From the NCBI GenBank assembly GCA_965277905.1, contig CBDIDW010000006.1, forward strand, positions 83,410-115,409: a stretch of DNA of 32,000 nt, written 5' to 3'. The DNA comes from Nakamurella sp. (GTDB taxonomy: Bacteria; Actinomycetota; Actinomycetes; Mycobacteriales; Nakamurellaceae). Below, piece after piece: positions 18,227 to 29,384 of the stretch (the first letter of the stretch is position 1; every line of letters starts with the position of its first letter). The notes under the pieces were generated by a model, which made no database searches, was not told the origin of the DNA, and was given only the letters and a program-made list of their open reading frames with translations. The translations under genes and the position numbers were made by a program.

Positions 18227-18772
18227 TCACTCCAGCAGGGCGACCACCAGCGAGTCCTGCGCCGCGGTGAGCCAGTGATAGACGTCGAAGGTCGCGCCGG
18301 CCGGCCCGGTGGGGTCGGCGCGCACCGGGGCCGGTACCTCGTCGTCCTCGGTCACCTGCAGCCTGACCCCGATCACCAGCCGGAGGTCGTTGAGCGCGGT
18401 CAGCCAGGGTCCGGCCTGGTCGCGGGTGAGCCGGACGGTGCCACCGCCGGCGGGCAGGTCGTCGAGTACGGCCGCGGCGGCCAGGTCCTTGGCGGCCAGG
18501 ATTTCCGGCTCGCGCAGCGTGCGCAGGCCCGCGGAGACCTCGGCATCGTCGGCGGAGAAGTCCGGAAACAGGCGCTGCAGGGCGGGGTCGTCGGACGCGG
18601 TGGCCGGGGCGACGGTGATGCCGGTCAGGGAAGACAGCTCGTCGGCCGGGGCCTGGGCGCGACGACCGGCGAACAGGTCGCGCAGCTGGTCCAACAGGTC
18701 GGACAACAGCGACACTTCGGGCTCGGTGAACGTGGCCGCGAATCGACCGCGCGCGCGATGGAAAGGTCGCAC
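18227..18772 (-). CDS. DUF2017 domain-containing protein (ClpS-associated)
   Basis: The GTG at 18772 lies 8 nt after the clpS stop. The sequence FTEPEVSLLSDLLDQLRDLF...WLTALNDLRLVIG matches the DUF2017 pattern as I remember it. The track start at 18952 would overlap clpS. Confidence 0.75.
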   Translation of the reverse strand: MRPFHRARGRFAATFTEPEVSLLSDLLDQLRDLFAGRRAQAPADELSSLTGITVAPATASDDPALQRLFPDFSADDAEVSAGLRTLREPEILAAKDLAAAAVLDDLPAGGGTVRLTRDQAGPWLTALNDLRLVIGVRLQVTEDDEVPAPVRADPTGPAGATFDVYHWLTAAQDSLVVALLE

Positions 18773-18779
18773 CCGCGGT

Positions 18780-19106
18780 TCAGCGATCTTCGGCCAGCGT
18801 GGCCCACAGCCCGGCGCCCTGCAATTTGGCCACGTCCGCTTCCATTTGCTCCCGAGTCCCGGCCGACACGGTGGCCCGGCCCTTCTGGTGGACGTCGAGC
18901 ATGAGCCTCTCGGCCCGGGGACGCGGGTGACCGAGCAGCGAGCAGAACACATAGGTCACGTAGGACATCAGGTTGACCGGGTCGTTCCAAACGATGGTCA
19001 CCCAGGGGTGGTCGGGCGCGATCACCGACTCCACGTCGGTCCCGACGTCGGCCCTGTCCTGGCGCGTCGGCGCGGGCGCCGAGAGGCGGACGAGGGCGTG
19101 ACGCAC
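18780..19106 (-). CDS. clpS: ATP-dependent Clp protease adaptor ClpS
   Basis: Sequence contains PWVTIVWNDPVNLMSYVTYVF...RLMLDVHQKGRATVSAGTREQMEADVAKLQGAGLWATL. I chose the GTG at 19106 to match the usual ~100-aa length. The ATG at 19175 would overlap pncB. Confidence 0.88.
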   Translation of the reverse strand: MRHALVRLSAPAPTRQDRADVGTDVESVIAPDHPWVTIVWNDPVNLMSYVTYVFCSLLGHPRPRAERLMLDVHQKGRATVSAGTREQMEADVAKLQGAGLWATLAEDR

Positions 19107-19147
19107 ACTCCAAGTCTGACACGCCGGTCGCCGGTTACGCTGCGGCG

Positions 19148-20452
19148 ATGGCACCCGGACGGGCCGCACCGGCACTCTTCACCGACCAGTACGAGCTGAC
19201 CATGCTCGAGGCCGCGCTGGACGACGGCACCGCGGAGCGGCACTGCACCTTCGAGGTCTTCGCCCGCCGCCTGCCGACCGGCCGCCGCTACGGCGTGGTC
19301 GCCGGAACCGGCCGACTGCTGGATCTGCTGCCCTCGTTCCGGTTCGACGACATCGCCCTGGCCGCGGTGGAGCCCATCCTGAATCGTCGCACCCTGGAGC
19401 ACCTGGGCGGGTGGCACTTCGACGGCGACATCGACGGCTACCCGGAGGGTGAGCTGTATTTTCCCGACTCTCCGATCCTGACTGTGACCGGCTCGTTCAC
19501 CTGCGCCGTGCTGCTGGAGACAGTGATCCTGTCGATCCTCAACCACGACAGCGCCATTGCCTCGGCCGCGGCCCGGATGGTCTCGGCCGCCGACGGCCGC
19601 ACGCTGATCGAGATGGGTGGACGGCGTACCCACGAAGAAGCTGCGGTGGCGGCGGCGCGAGCCGCCTACCTGGCCGGCTTCACGGCCACGTCGAACCTGG
19701 AGGCCGGCCGCCGTCACGGCATCCCCACCACCGGAACGGCCGCGCACGCGTTCACTTTGCTGCACGACGACGAGCGGGCCGCGTTCGACGCCCAGGTGGC
19801 CGCCCTGGGCGTGGGGACCACGTTGCTGGTGGACACCTACGACATCACCCAGGGCATCGAGAACGCCGTCGCCGCCGCCGGTCCGGAACTCGGGGCGATC
19901 CGGATCGACTCCGGCGACCTGGGTGTGCTGGCCCGGGAGGCGCGCGCCCAGCTCGACTCGTTGGGGGCGCACCACACCCGGATCGTGCTCTCCGGCGACC
20001 TGGACGAGTTCGCCATCGCCGCACTGCGCTCCGATCCGGTGGACGCCTACGGGGTCGGTACCTCGCTGGTCACCGGGTCCGGTGCGCCGACCGCCGGCAT
20101 GGTCTACAAGCTCACCGAGGTCGACGGCCGCCCGGTGGCCAAACGCAGCTCGAACAAGGCCTCCCTCGGCGGCGCCAAGGGCGCGCTGCGCCGGCACCGG
20201 TCCACCGGCACGGCCACCGAGGAGGTCGTCTACCTGCGCCAGGGCCCGACGCCGCCGGTCGCCGCGGGCGACCGCGACCTGGTCGTCCCACTGGTCCGGT
20301 CGGGCCGGGTGCTGCCCGACCTGCCCGACCTGGCCCAGGGTCGGTCCCGGCTGGCCGAGGCCCTGATCAGCCTGCCCTGGGAGGGCCTGAAACTGTCCCA
20401 GGGCGAACCCGCCATTCCCACCGTGTTGCCCGACCTGCCGGAGCGAAGATGA
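19148..20452 (+). CDS. pncB: nicotinate phosphoribosyltransferase
   Basis: The N-terminus contains LFTDQYELTMLEAAL. Later segments GGRRTHEEAAV and TGTAAHAF are present. Length (434 aa) and context with pncA support the call. Confidence 0.92.
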   Translation: MAPGRAAPALFTDQYELTMLEAALDDGTAERHCTFEVFARRLPTGRRYGVVAGTGRLLDLLPSFRFDDIALAAVEPILNRRTLEHLGGWHFDGDIDGYPEGELYFPDSPILTVTGSFTCAVLLETVILSILNHDSAIASAAARMVSAADGRTLIEMGGRRTHEEAAVAAARAAYLAGFTATSNLEAGRRHGIPTTGTAAHAFTLLHDDERAAFDAQVAALGVGTTLLVDTYDITQGIENAVAAAGPELGAIRIDSGDLGVLAREARAQLDSLGAHHTRIVLSGDLDEFAIAALRSDPVDAYGVGTSLVTGSGAPTAGMVYKLTEVDGRPVAKRSSNKASLGGAKGALRRHRSTGTATEEVVYLRQGPTPPVAAGDRDLVVPLVRSGRVLPDLPDLAQGRSRLAEALISLPWEGLKLSQGEPAIPTVLPDLPERR

Positions 20453-21066
20453 CCCCCTCCCCCGCCGAAACGGCCGCTGCGTTGGAGTTCTCACCCACCC
20501 GGGCCCTCGTGGTGACGGACATGCAGCACGATTTCGGCGATCCGTCCGGGTCGCTCTTCGTGCCCGGCGCGCCGGAGATCGTGGCCGGCATCGTCGAACA
20601 GATCCGGGGTACCGCCGCCGCCGGCGGCCTGGTCGTCTACACGCAGGACTGGCATCCCGCACACACCCCGCACTTCGCGGTGGACGGCGGGCTCTGGCCG
20701 GTGCACTGCGTGATGGGCACCGCGGGCGCCGATTTCCTGCCCGATCTGCCCGTGGTAGGTCCGGTGGTGCGCAAGGGATCCGGGCCCGAGGACGGATACT
20801 CCGGCTTCTCCGTGTTGCACATCCCCACCGGCCGGACCCAGGGCACCGAGCTGTCCACGATCCTGGACGAGAACGGGATCATGGCCCTGACCGTGGTCGG
20901 GCTGGCCGGCGACTGGTGCGTCAAGGCCACCGCCATCGACGGGGTCAACCTCGGTTACAAGACCACGGTTCCGCTGTCGCTGACCCGGTTCGTCGAGTTG
21001 CGCGAGGGCGACACCGAGGCCGCGGTGGCCGCCATGCGGGAGGCCGGTGTCATCGTTCTCGACTGA
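20449..21066 (+). CDS. pncA: nicotinamidase/pyrazinamidase (isochorismatase family)
   Basis: ALVVTDMQHDF supplies the catalytic Asp, VRKG the Lys and GLAGDWCV the Cys; the metal-binding region is QDWHPAHTPHF. The ATG overlaps the pncB stop (ATGA). Confidence 0.88.
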   Translation: MTPSPAETAAALEFSPTRALVVTDMQHDFGDPSGSLFVPGAPEIVAGIVEQIRGTAAAGGLVVYTQDWHPAHTPHFAVDGGLWPVHCVMGTAGADFLPDLPVVGPVVRKGSGPEDGYSGFSVLHIPTGRTQGTELSTILDENGIMALTVVGLAGDWCVKATAIDGVNLGYKTTVPLSLTRFVELREGDTEAAVAAMREAGVIVLD

Positions 21067-21095
21067 TCTCGACCTGCGCAGGCGGCCCATCCGAG

Positions 21096-23038
<1,943 letters not shown>

Positions 23039-23042
<4 letters not shown>

Positions 23043-23872
23043 TCCGCGAACGTCGCGATCACGGTGACCGTGCCGGGCGCGACCTCGGTGAAACCGGCGT
23101 CCCGGACCGCCAGCAGCCGCCGCCGGGTCCACGCGCGTTCCGGATCGTCCAGCTCGCTCCGCAGCCCCGGCCAGGTGTTCTCATCGGCCCGATGCACCAC
23201 CGCGGCGCAGCCGGCGTCGTGCCATCGGTGCAGGGCGGCTCGGTCGGACCCGGCCAGCAGCGCGGCCGCGATCATGCCGGCGTGCCCGGCCTGGGCCACG
23301 CCCTTGCCCAAGGTCATGGCCAGCGCACTCGGCACGACGACGGTGAGCCTGGGTGCAGGTGGGTCGCTCGGAGCGGGGTCGACCTCGACGTCGGTGCCGC
23401 CGACCTGCAGCACGGTGATGCGGCGGTCCAGCTCGGCGACCCGGCCCGGGACGAGGGTGCGGATCTGCGTCACGCCGTCGGTCAGGGTCAGTCCGGGGAG
23501 ATCGGCGGTGGCCGTCCATTGACCGGCCCGAGCCCGACGGGTCACCTTGCGGATGTGTCCGCGGCAGTAGGCCGCGACCGCCTCGTGCCATTCGCCCCCG
23601 GGGTCGGAGCGAGCGTCCAGGCACAGGGCTGCGGCCCCACTCGCGGCCAGGGCGAGCGCCGTGTGCCAGGAGGGAGGCTGCGCCCGCTCCATCCGCACGA
23701 TGAGCTGCATGGCCCGGATGTCGACCGCGGCTTCTTCCCGGTCCTGCTCGACCTCGGCCCGATCCAGCCCCAACCACCGCGCGTACCGCGCGGCCAGCGG
23801 CCGCAACACCTCACCCGCCACGTCACGCCCACCTTTCTGCGCGCGGATCATCTTCTCGCCGCGCGGATCCAC
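23039..23872 (-). CDS. PTH2-like (aminoacyl/peptidyl-tRNA hydrolase 2 family) protein with two tandem domains
   Basis: The C-terminal domain has LTVVVPSALAMTLGKGVAQAGHAG...LLAVRDAGFTEVAPGTVTVIATF, resembling the PTH2 motifs GKGKxxAQxxHA and DAGxTQIxxGxxTV. The N-terminal domain is a degenerate copy. The start is ambiguous (23872 or ATG 23851). Confidence 0.6.
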
Positions 23873-23906
23873 GGCACGTTTTTCTCGTACTTCAGGGGCA
23901 AAAGGC

Positions 23907-23944
23907 TGCTGTGGATCCGCGCAGCGTGCTGTGGATCCGCGCAG
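23907..23944. repeat. perfect 18-bp tandem direct repeat (TGCTGTGGATCCGCGCAG x2, 20-bp period) in the serB / PTH2-like intergenic region
   Basis: The copies lie at 23907-23924 and 23927-23944, separated by CG. Each contains the GGATCC palindrome. They sit 5 nt below the serB stop and 35 nt above the PTH2-like ORF start. Confidence 0.9.
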
Positions 23945-23949
23945 GAAGC

Positions 23950-25149
23950 TCAGCCCAGGGGGACGCGGCGAAAGGAACCATCGGCGGCGTCAGCGGCCTC
24001 GACCTCGTCCCGGGTGATGCCCAGGATGAACAGCACCGGGTCGAGGAAGGGCTGGTTCAAGGCGGTGTCGGCGGACTCGGCGACCACCGGCTTGGCGTTG
24101 AACGCGATCCCCAGACCCGCCGCGGCCAGCATGTCAATGTCGTTGGCACCGTCGCCCACGGCCACCGTCTGGTCCATGGTCACCCCCGACTCGGCCGCGA
24201 AACGCTCCAGAGCCCGGGCCTTGCCGGCCCGATCCACGATCTCCCCGACCAACCGCCCGGTGAGCCGACCGTCCGCCACCTCCAGGGTGTTGGCCGCGGC
24301 GAAGTCCAGCCGCAGCTCCTCGACCAGGTGCGCGGTGACCTGGGCGAAGCCGCCGGATACGATTCCGCACCGATAGCCCAGCCGCTTGAGGGTGCGGATG
24401 GTCGTCCGCGCCCCCGGCGTCAGCGGCAGTTCTCGCCCGACCTCGTCCAGCACGTCCGCGGACAGTCCGGCCAGCATCGACACCCGCTCGCGGAGCGAGG
24501 CCGCAAAGTCGAGCTCGCCCCGCATGGCCGCGGCGGTGATGCGTTCCACGGCAGCCCGGGTGCCGGTGCGCTCGGCCAGCAGCTCGATGACCTCGGCGCT
24601 GATCAGGGTGGAGTCGACGTCGAACACGATCAGCCGCTTGGCCCGCCGGGCAATCCCGGCCCGCTGCACCGCGATGTCGACGCCGGCGGTGGTGGCCACC
24701 CGGGCGACCGCCGTCCGCACCACGTCATCGTCCGCGGCGGTGACCGAAAGCTCCAAACCGGTCACCGGGTAGTCGGCGATACGGCTGATGGTCTCGACGT
24801 TCACCCCGATCTCGCCGAGCGCTCGGAACAATGCGGCCATGGCCCGGGCCCGCAACGGCCGGCCGAGCACGACCACGACGTGGCTCGGAGACCGCCGGGC
24901 GTCGGCGCCGGGCGGGTCGATGGCCACCCGGACCGAGATGCCCAACGCGGCCATGGCCTGTTCGACGTCCTCTTGCAGCGCCTCCGGATCGCCGGACGTA
25001 TCCACCAGGACCCCCAGGGTCAGGGCTCCCCGGATGACGACCTGGTCGATGTCGAGCACCTCGGCGTGATGCCCGGCCAAGGTGGTCAGCAGCACACCCG
25101 TCACGCCAGGTCGGTCCGTGCCGGTCACAGTCATCAGCACACGGGACAT
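23950..25149 (-). CDS. serB: phosphoserine phosphatase SerB with two N-terminal ACT domains
   Basis: The HAD motifs are LIVFDVDSTLI (DxDxT), SGG and GDGANDIDML. The N-terminal ACT-like repeats are VLMTVTGTDRPGVTGVL and the second repeat that follows it. Confidence 0.92.
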   Translation of the reverse strand: MSRVLMTVTGTDRPGVTGVLLTTLAGHHAEVLDIDQVVIRGALTLGVLVDTSGDPEALQEDVEQAMAALGISVRVAIDPPGADARRSPSHVVVVLGRPLRARAMAALFRALGEIGVNVETISRIADYPVTGLELSVTAADDDVVRTAVARVATTAGVDIAVQRAGIARRAKRLIVFDVDSTLISAEVIELLAERTGTRAAVERITAAAMRGELDFAASLRERVSMLAGLSADVLDEVGRELPLTPGARTTIRTLKRLGYRCGIVSGGFAQVTAHLVEELRLDFAAANTLEVADGRLTGRLVGEIVDRAGKARALERFAAESGVTMDQTVAVGDGANDIDMLAAAGLGIAFNAKPVVAESADTALNQPFLDPVLFILGITRDEVEAADAADGSFRRVPLG

Positions 25150-25197
25150 CGGGCCGCTTCCTCACGCGTCGGGACGGACCCGACCCTCTCCACACTT

Positions 25198-25229
25198 CCG
25201 CGCGGGCCCGAAGCCTCGGACCCGCGCGG
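25198..25229 (-). terminator. GC-rich hairpin downstream of ctaD (candidate intrinsic terminator without a U-tract)
   Basis: CCGCGCGGG pairs with CCCGCGCGG (9 bp), with an inner CCGA/TCGG extension. It starts 12 nt after the ctaD stop. Confidence 0.5.
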
Positions 25230-25240
25230 AGTATGCAATC

Positions 25241-26992
25241 TCAGTGGGAGGACCCAGCCGAATCCGGAATCTTCAGGTTCGCGCTGGACTCGGCCCTGTC
25301 CAGGCCTTCCCAGCCGCGCTTGGGATGAGCTTCGGTGCGCATTCGCTCGATCATGTGCGGATGGTGCAGCTCGAACGCGGGTCGCTCGGATCGGATCCGC
25401 GGTAGCGAGGTGAAGTTGTGCCGCGGTGGCGGACTCGAGGTCGCCCACTCCAACGAGTTCCCGTAGCCCCAGGGGTCGTCGGCCGTGGTGATCTCGCCGT
25501 GCCGGAGCGAGCGCAGCACGTTCCACACGAACGGCAGCGTGGAGGCTCCGAGAATGAACGACCCGATGGTCGAGAACGTGTTCAGGAAGGTGAACCCGTC
25601 GGTCGGGGCGTAGTCCGGATAGCGGCGAGGCATGCCCATCTCGCCCAGCCAGTGCTGGACCAGGAAGGTGGCGTGGAACCCGATGAACGTGGTCCAGAAG
25701 TGCAGCTTGCCCAGACCCTCGTCCAGGAACCGACCGGTCATCTTCGGGAACCAGAAGTAGATGCCGGAGTAGGTGGCGAACACGATCGTTCCGAAGAGCA
25801 CGTAGTGGAAGTGGGCGACTACGAAATAGGTGTCCGAGACCTGGAAGTCCAGGGCCGGGGCGGCCAGGATGACCCCGGTCAGACCCCCGAACAGGAAGGT
25901 GACCAGGAAGCCCGCCGCGAACAGCATCGGCGTCTCGAAGGTGATCTGCCCCCGCCACATGGTGCCGATCCAGTTGAAGAACTTCAGGCCGGTGGGCACC
26001 GCGATCAGGAAGGTCATCACCGAGAAGAACGGCAGCAGAACCGCGCCGGTGGCGAACATGTGGTGGGCCCACACGGCGACCGACAAGGCGCCGATCGAGA
26101 GGGTGGCATAGACCAGACCGCGATAGCCGAAGCACGGTTTTCGCGAGAAGACCGGGAAGACTTCGGTGACGATGCCGAAGAACGGCAACGCGATGATGTA
26201 CACCTCGGGATGCCCGAAGAACCAGAACAGGTGTTGGAACAGGATCGCCCCGCCGTTGGCCGGGTCGAAGACGTGCGATCCGAAGTGGCGGTCGGCGGCC
26301 AGACCGAACAGGGCCGCGGTCAGCACCGGGAATGCGATCAGGATCAGCACCGAGGTGACCAGGATGTTCCAGGTGAAGATGGGTAGCCGCCACATGGTCA
26401 TGCCGGGCGCGCGCAAGCAGATCACCGTGGTGATCATGTTCACCGCGCCCAGGATGGTGCCCAGCCCGGACACGGCCAGGCCCATGATCCACAGATCGCC
26501 GCCGGCACCGGGCGAGTTGATCGAGTTGGACAGCGGGGTGTACGCGGTCCAGCCGAACGCCGCCGCGCCGCCGGGAGTGAAGAAACCCGACACCGCGATG
26601 GTCGACCCGAACAAGTACAGCCAGTAGGAGAACGAGTTCAGCCGCGGGAAGGCCACATCCGGCGCGCCGATCTGGAGCGGAAGCACGAAGTTCGCGAACC
26701 CGAACACGATGGCCGTCGCGTAGAACAGCAACATGATCGTGCCGTGCATGGTGAACAGCTCGTTGTACTGCTCGTAGGTCAGGAACTGCAGGCCCGGCCG
26801 GGCGAGTTCGGCGCGCATCAGCAGCGCCATCACGCCGCCGATCATGAAGAACGTGAACGCCGTGCAGATGTACATCTTGCCCAGCGTCTTCGGATCCGTG
26901 GTCCGCAGATAGCCCAGCAGAGCCACCCCCGGCCGCATCGGCCGCACCGGGTTCGCCCTGGTGACGACAGGGCGTGGAACAACAGCGGTCAC
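25241..26992 (-). CDS. ctaD: cytochrome c oxidase (aa3-type) subunit I
   Basis: Twelve TM helices carry the heme/copper ligand motifs [14 protein letters not shown] and HFHYV. The GTG start has GGAGGA 5 nt upstream. Confidence 0.95.
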   Translation of the reverse strand: MTAVVPRPVVTRANPVRPMRPGVALLGYLRTTDPKTLGKMYICTAFTFFMIGGVMALLMRAELARPGLQFLTYEQYNELFTMHGTIMLLFYATAIVFGFANFVLPLQIGAPDVAFPRLNSFSYWLYLFGSTIAVSGFFTPGGAAAFGWTAYTPLSNSINSPGAGGDLWIMGLAVSGLGTILGAVNMITTVICLRAPGMTMWRLPIFTWNILVTSVLILIAFPVLTAALFGLAADRHFGSHVFDPANGGAILFQHLFWFFGHPEVYIIALPFFGIVTEVFPVFSRKPCFGYRGLVYATLSIGALSVAVWAHHMFATGAVLLPFFSVMTFLIAVPTGLKFFNWIGTMWRGQITFETPMLFAAGFLVTFLFGGLTGVILAAPALDFQVSDTYFVVAHFHYVLFGTIVFATYSGIYFWFPKMTGRFLDEGLGKLHFWTTFIGFHATFLVQHWLGEMGMPRRYPDYAPTDGFTFLNTFSTIGSFILGASTLPFVWNVLRSLRHGEITTADDPWGYGNSLEWATSSPPPRHNFTSLPRIRSERPAFELHHPHMIERMRTEAHPKRGWEGLDRAESSANLKIPDSAGSSH

Positions 26993-27137
26993 AGCGGTCC
27001 TCCAGAGTTCGGCGCACCGGTCGCCGACACCGATCGGCGATAGTTGGAGCGTAGTCCGACATGACGTAGAAGGCTCCCCCCGGGGCGCTGTGCGTCGAAC
27101 AAGATCTCGCTGGCCGACGGCTCAGATCGCCGATAAC

Positions 27138-28268
27138 GTGCGCAAGGTGGACGATTCCGTCACCACCCTGGTCATCGGCGCCTCGGCGGCCGGCCTGGCC
27201 ACCGCGGCCTGTCTGCGCCGGGCCGGGCAGGACACGACCATCCTGGAAGCCGAGTCGACCGTCGCGCCGGTGTGGCGTCGGCACTACGACCGGCTGCACC
27301 TGCACACCCCGCGGTCGTCTTCGGGACTTCCGGGTCTGGCCATGCCGGCGAGCTGGCCGCGGTATCCCAGTCGCGATCAGGTGGTCGAGTACCTGGAGCA
27401 GTACCAGCGCCGCCACCGGCTCGAACCGCACTTCGGCCGGCGCGTGGTCGAGGTGGTTCGCACCGACCCCGGGTGGTCGGTGCGAACCGCAGACCGCAGC
27501 TTCCGGGCCCGCAACGTGGTGGTGGCCACTGGTTTCGCCCGGCGTCCGGTCCGCCCGACCTGGCCCGGGCTGGCCGGGTTCCGGGGTCGGGTGCTGCACT
27601 CGTCCGGGTTCGGCTCCGGGGCGGACTTCCGAGGCCGCAAGGTGCTGGTGGTCGGGTTCGGGAATTCGGCCTGCGAGCAGGCCATCGACCTGGTCGAGCA
27701 GGGCGCGCAGGTCCGGCAGTCGGTCCGCTCCGGAGTCAACGTGCTGCCCCGCGATGTCGGCGGGCTGGTGCCGGTGGTGACCCTGGGCCGCTACCTGCGC
27801 GCCTTTCCCAGCCGGGTGGGCGACGCGCTGGCCTGGCCCGCGGTCCGCCTGTCGGTGGGTGACATCCGGCGGCTCGGGCTGCCCAAGTCGGAGCTGGGAC
27901 CGATCACCCAGGTCATTCGGCGCAACCAGAGCCCGGTGCTGGACATCGGCACGATCGCCTTGCTGCGGGCCGGCCGCCTGTCCGTGACGGGGCCGATCGA
28001 CCACTTCACGGCCGATTCGGTGGTGTTCGCGGATGGCTCCGAGTGGGATCCGGACGCGGTGGTGCTGGGTACCGGTTACCGCCCGGCGCTGGAGGAATTC
28101 CTAGCCGATTGGCGTGCGGTCTGCACTCCGGCCGGTCTGGTTCAGAGCTCGGGTCGCCCGACCGCACTGCCCGGCCTGTTCTTCTGCGGCCAGTACGTCT
28201 CCCCGGCCGGCATGCTCCGTGAGATCGGCCTCGAGGCCCGACGCATCGCCGCCCACCTGGCCGGCTGA
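27138..28268 (+). CDS. flavin-containing monooxygenase-like NAD(P)/FAD-dependent oxidoreductase
   Basis: Two dinucleotide-binding motifs are present: LVIGASAAGLA (FAD) and VLVVGFGNSACE (NADPH). The ATG-like motif is VVVATGF. The start is uncertain (GTG 27138 or 27147); the track start at 26961 overlaps ctaD. Confidence 0.8.
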   Translation: MRKVDDSVTTLVIGASAAGLATAACLRRAGQDTTILEAESTVAPVWRRHYDRLHLHTPRSSSGLPGLAMPASWPRYPSRDQVVEYLEQYQRRHRLEPHFGRRVVEVVRTDPGWSVRTADRSFRARNVVVATGFARRPVRPTWPGLAGFRGRVLHSSGFGSGADFRGRKVLVVGFGNSACEQAIDLVEQGAQVRQSVRSGVNVLPRDVGGLVPVVTLGRYLRAFPSRVGDALAWPAVRLSVGDIRRLGLPKSELGPITQVIRRNQSPVLDIGTIALLRAGRLSVTGPIDHFTADSVVFADGSEWDPDAVVLGTGYRPALEEFLADWRAVCTPAGLVQSSGRPTALPGLFFCGQYVSPAGMLREIGLEARRIAAHLAG

Positions 28269-28289
28269 GTCGCTTCGCGGTCCCCGGTA

Positions 28290-28328
28290 CGAGAAAGAGA
28301 CCGGGCAAGATGCCCGGTCTCCTTCTCG
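28290..28328. terminator. long hairpin between the convergent monooxygenase gene and tRNA-Ala (likely bidirectional terminator)
   Basis: CGAGAAAGAGACCGGGCA-AGA-TGCCCGGTCTCCTTCTCG forms an 18-bp stem with one A/C mismatch and a 3-nt loop. It lies 22 nt after the CDS stop and 7 nt from the tRNA 3' end. Confidence 0.65.
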
Positions 28329-28334
28329 TTCACG

Positions 28335-28407
28335 TGGAGCTGAGGGGACTCGAACCCCTGACCCCCACACTGCCAGTGTGGTGCGCTACCAGCTGCGCCA
28401 CAGCCCC
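28335..28407 (-). tRNA. tRNA-Ala (anticodon GGC)
   Basis: The reverse complement GGGGCTGTGGCGCAGCTGGTAGCGCACCACACTGGCAGTGTGGGGGTCAGGGGTTCGAGTCCCCTCAGCTCCA folds canonically. The G3:U70 identity pair is present and the anticodon loop is CTGGCAG. Confidence 0.95.
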
Positions 28408-28442
28408 GTGAAGCTGCTGGGACACACTATCAACAGCACTCC

Positions 28443-28461
28443 GGCGCTGCGAATCAGCGCC
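28443..28461 (-). terminator. small hairpin downstream of the DsbA-like gene
   Basis: GGCGCTG-CGAAT-CAGCGCC forms a 7-bp stem 10 nt after the stop at 28471. There is no U-tract. Confidence 0.35.
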
Positions 28462-28470
28462 TCCTCGCCA

Positions 28471-29331
28471 TCAGCCGACGAGGTTGCTGAGCCAGTCCGT
28501 GGAGTTGATGTCCAGCGCCGTCCCGTCCTTGAGCACGGTCGGCGTTCCCACCGCGCCAGTGGCGGCCTGCATCTGACTCTCCTTGGTGGCGTTCGTCGAG
28601 GTGGCCAGGGCCACGTTGCTGCCGGAGCTGATGCAGGAGACGGCCGTCGTCGTGGCGCCGTCGCCCTTGGCCAGGTCGGCCAGTTGCTGGTTACTCAGGT
28701 CGGTGCTGCCGTTCTCGGCCGGCTTGGTGTCGTCGGCATACAGGTGGGTCAGATACTTCAAAAACGTGCCCTTGGGGGCGGCCGTGTCGGCGCCCACACA
28801 GAGCAGGGCTGCGGCGGCCCGGGTCGAATAGTTCTTGGAAGCCGAGGAGGAGTCCAGGATTGCCACCATTTGGTAGCGGACCTGGAGTTTGCCCTGGTCG
28901 ACGGCCTTATTGATCTGCTGCGAGTATTGGTGCTCGAAGTCCTGACAAATCGGGCACAACGCATCCTGATAGACGTCGATGGTCACCGCCGGGGTGGTGC
29001 CGTTGTTCACGGTGACAACGCCGTTGGCCATGGTGGACACCGAGGTGATCGACGGGCCGTAGCCGTCGTCCGGCGTAGCTGACCTGTTCTTGTAGATGAC
29101 CACCCCGACCACCACGACCACCGCCAGCAACACCACGGCGATGCCGCCGATGATCAATTGGTTGCGGTCGGAACCGGGCTTGGCCCGACGGGCGGCCGCC
29201 ACCGACTGGCGACCGGCCGCGGCGCTGCCCTGCGGTCGGTTCGGCGGCTTCTTGGCGGACCCGGCGGGGCGAGAGCCGTTGCCACCCTTCGCCACACTGG
29301 TGCTGGGACTGCTCGTCTTCGCCTTCGCCAC
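28471..29331 (-). CDS. membrane-anchored DsbA-family thiol:disulfide oxidoreductase (thioredoxin fold)
   Basis: A basic Lys/Pro-rich N-terminus is followed by the TM helix LIIGGIAVVLLAVVVVVGVVIY. The CxxC active site lies in YQDALCPICQDFE. GTG start. Confidence 0.8.
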   Translation of the reverse strand: MAKAKTSSPSTSVAKGGNGSRPAGSAKKPPNRPQGSAAAGRQSVAAARRAKPGSDRNQLIIGGIAVVLLAVVVVVGVVIYKNRSATPDDGYGPSITSVSTMANGVVTVNNGTTPAVTIDVYQDALCPICQDFEHQYSQQINKAVDQGKLQVRYQMVAILDSSSASKNYSTRAAAALLCVGADTAAPKGTFLKYLTHLYADDTKPAENGSTDLSNQQLADLAKGDGATTTAVSCISSGSNVALATSTNATKESQMQAATGAVGTPTVLKDGTALDINSTDWLSNLVG

Positions 29332-29384
29332 CTGCTCCTACGCTTTCCATCCGATTCGCTGAAACTCGAGTCTTACGTGCTTGT

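Noticed and set aside
19022-20662. 546-aa minus-strand ORF opposite pncB/pncA
   Set aside because: It is antisense to two genes with clear catalytic motifs and has a shadow-ORF composition (R/G/P/V rich).
23911-25413. 500-aa plus-strand ORF opposite serB
   Set aside because: It is antisense to serB, which has unambiguous HAD and ACT motifs, and has a shadow-ORF composition.
27021-27040. Inverted repeat TCGCCGA-CACCGA-TCGGCGA in the ctaD/monooxygenase divergent intergenic region
   Set aside because: The arms are short (7 bp) in GC-rich DNA, which is easily produced by chance, and I have no supporting motif knowledge.
25134-28004. 956-aa minus-strand ORF overlapping ctaD and the monooxygenase gene
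   Set aside because: It is out of frame with ctaD and antisense to the flavoprotein gene, is extremely Arg/Pro/His/Gly-rich, and has no domain signatures.
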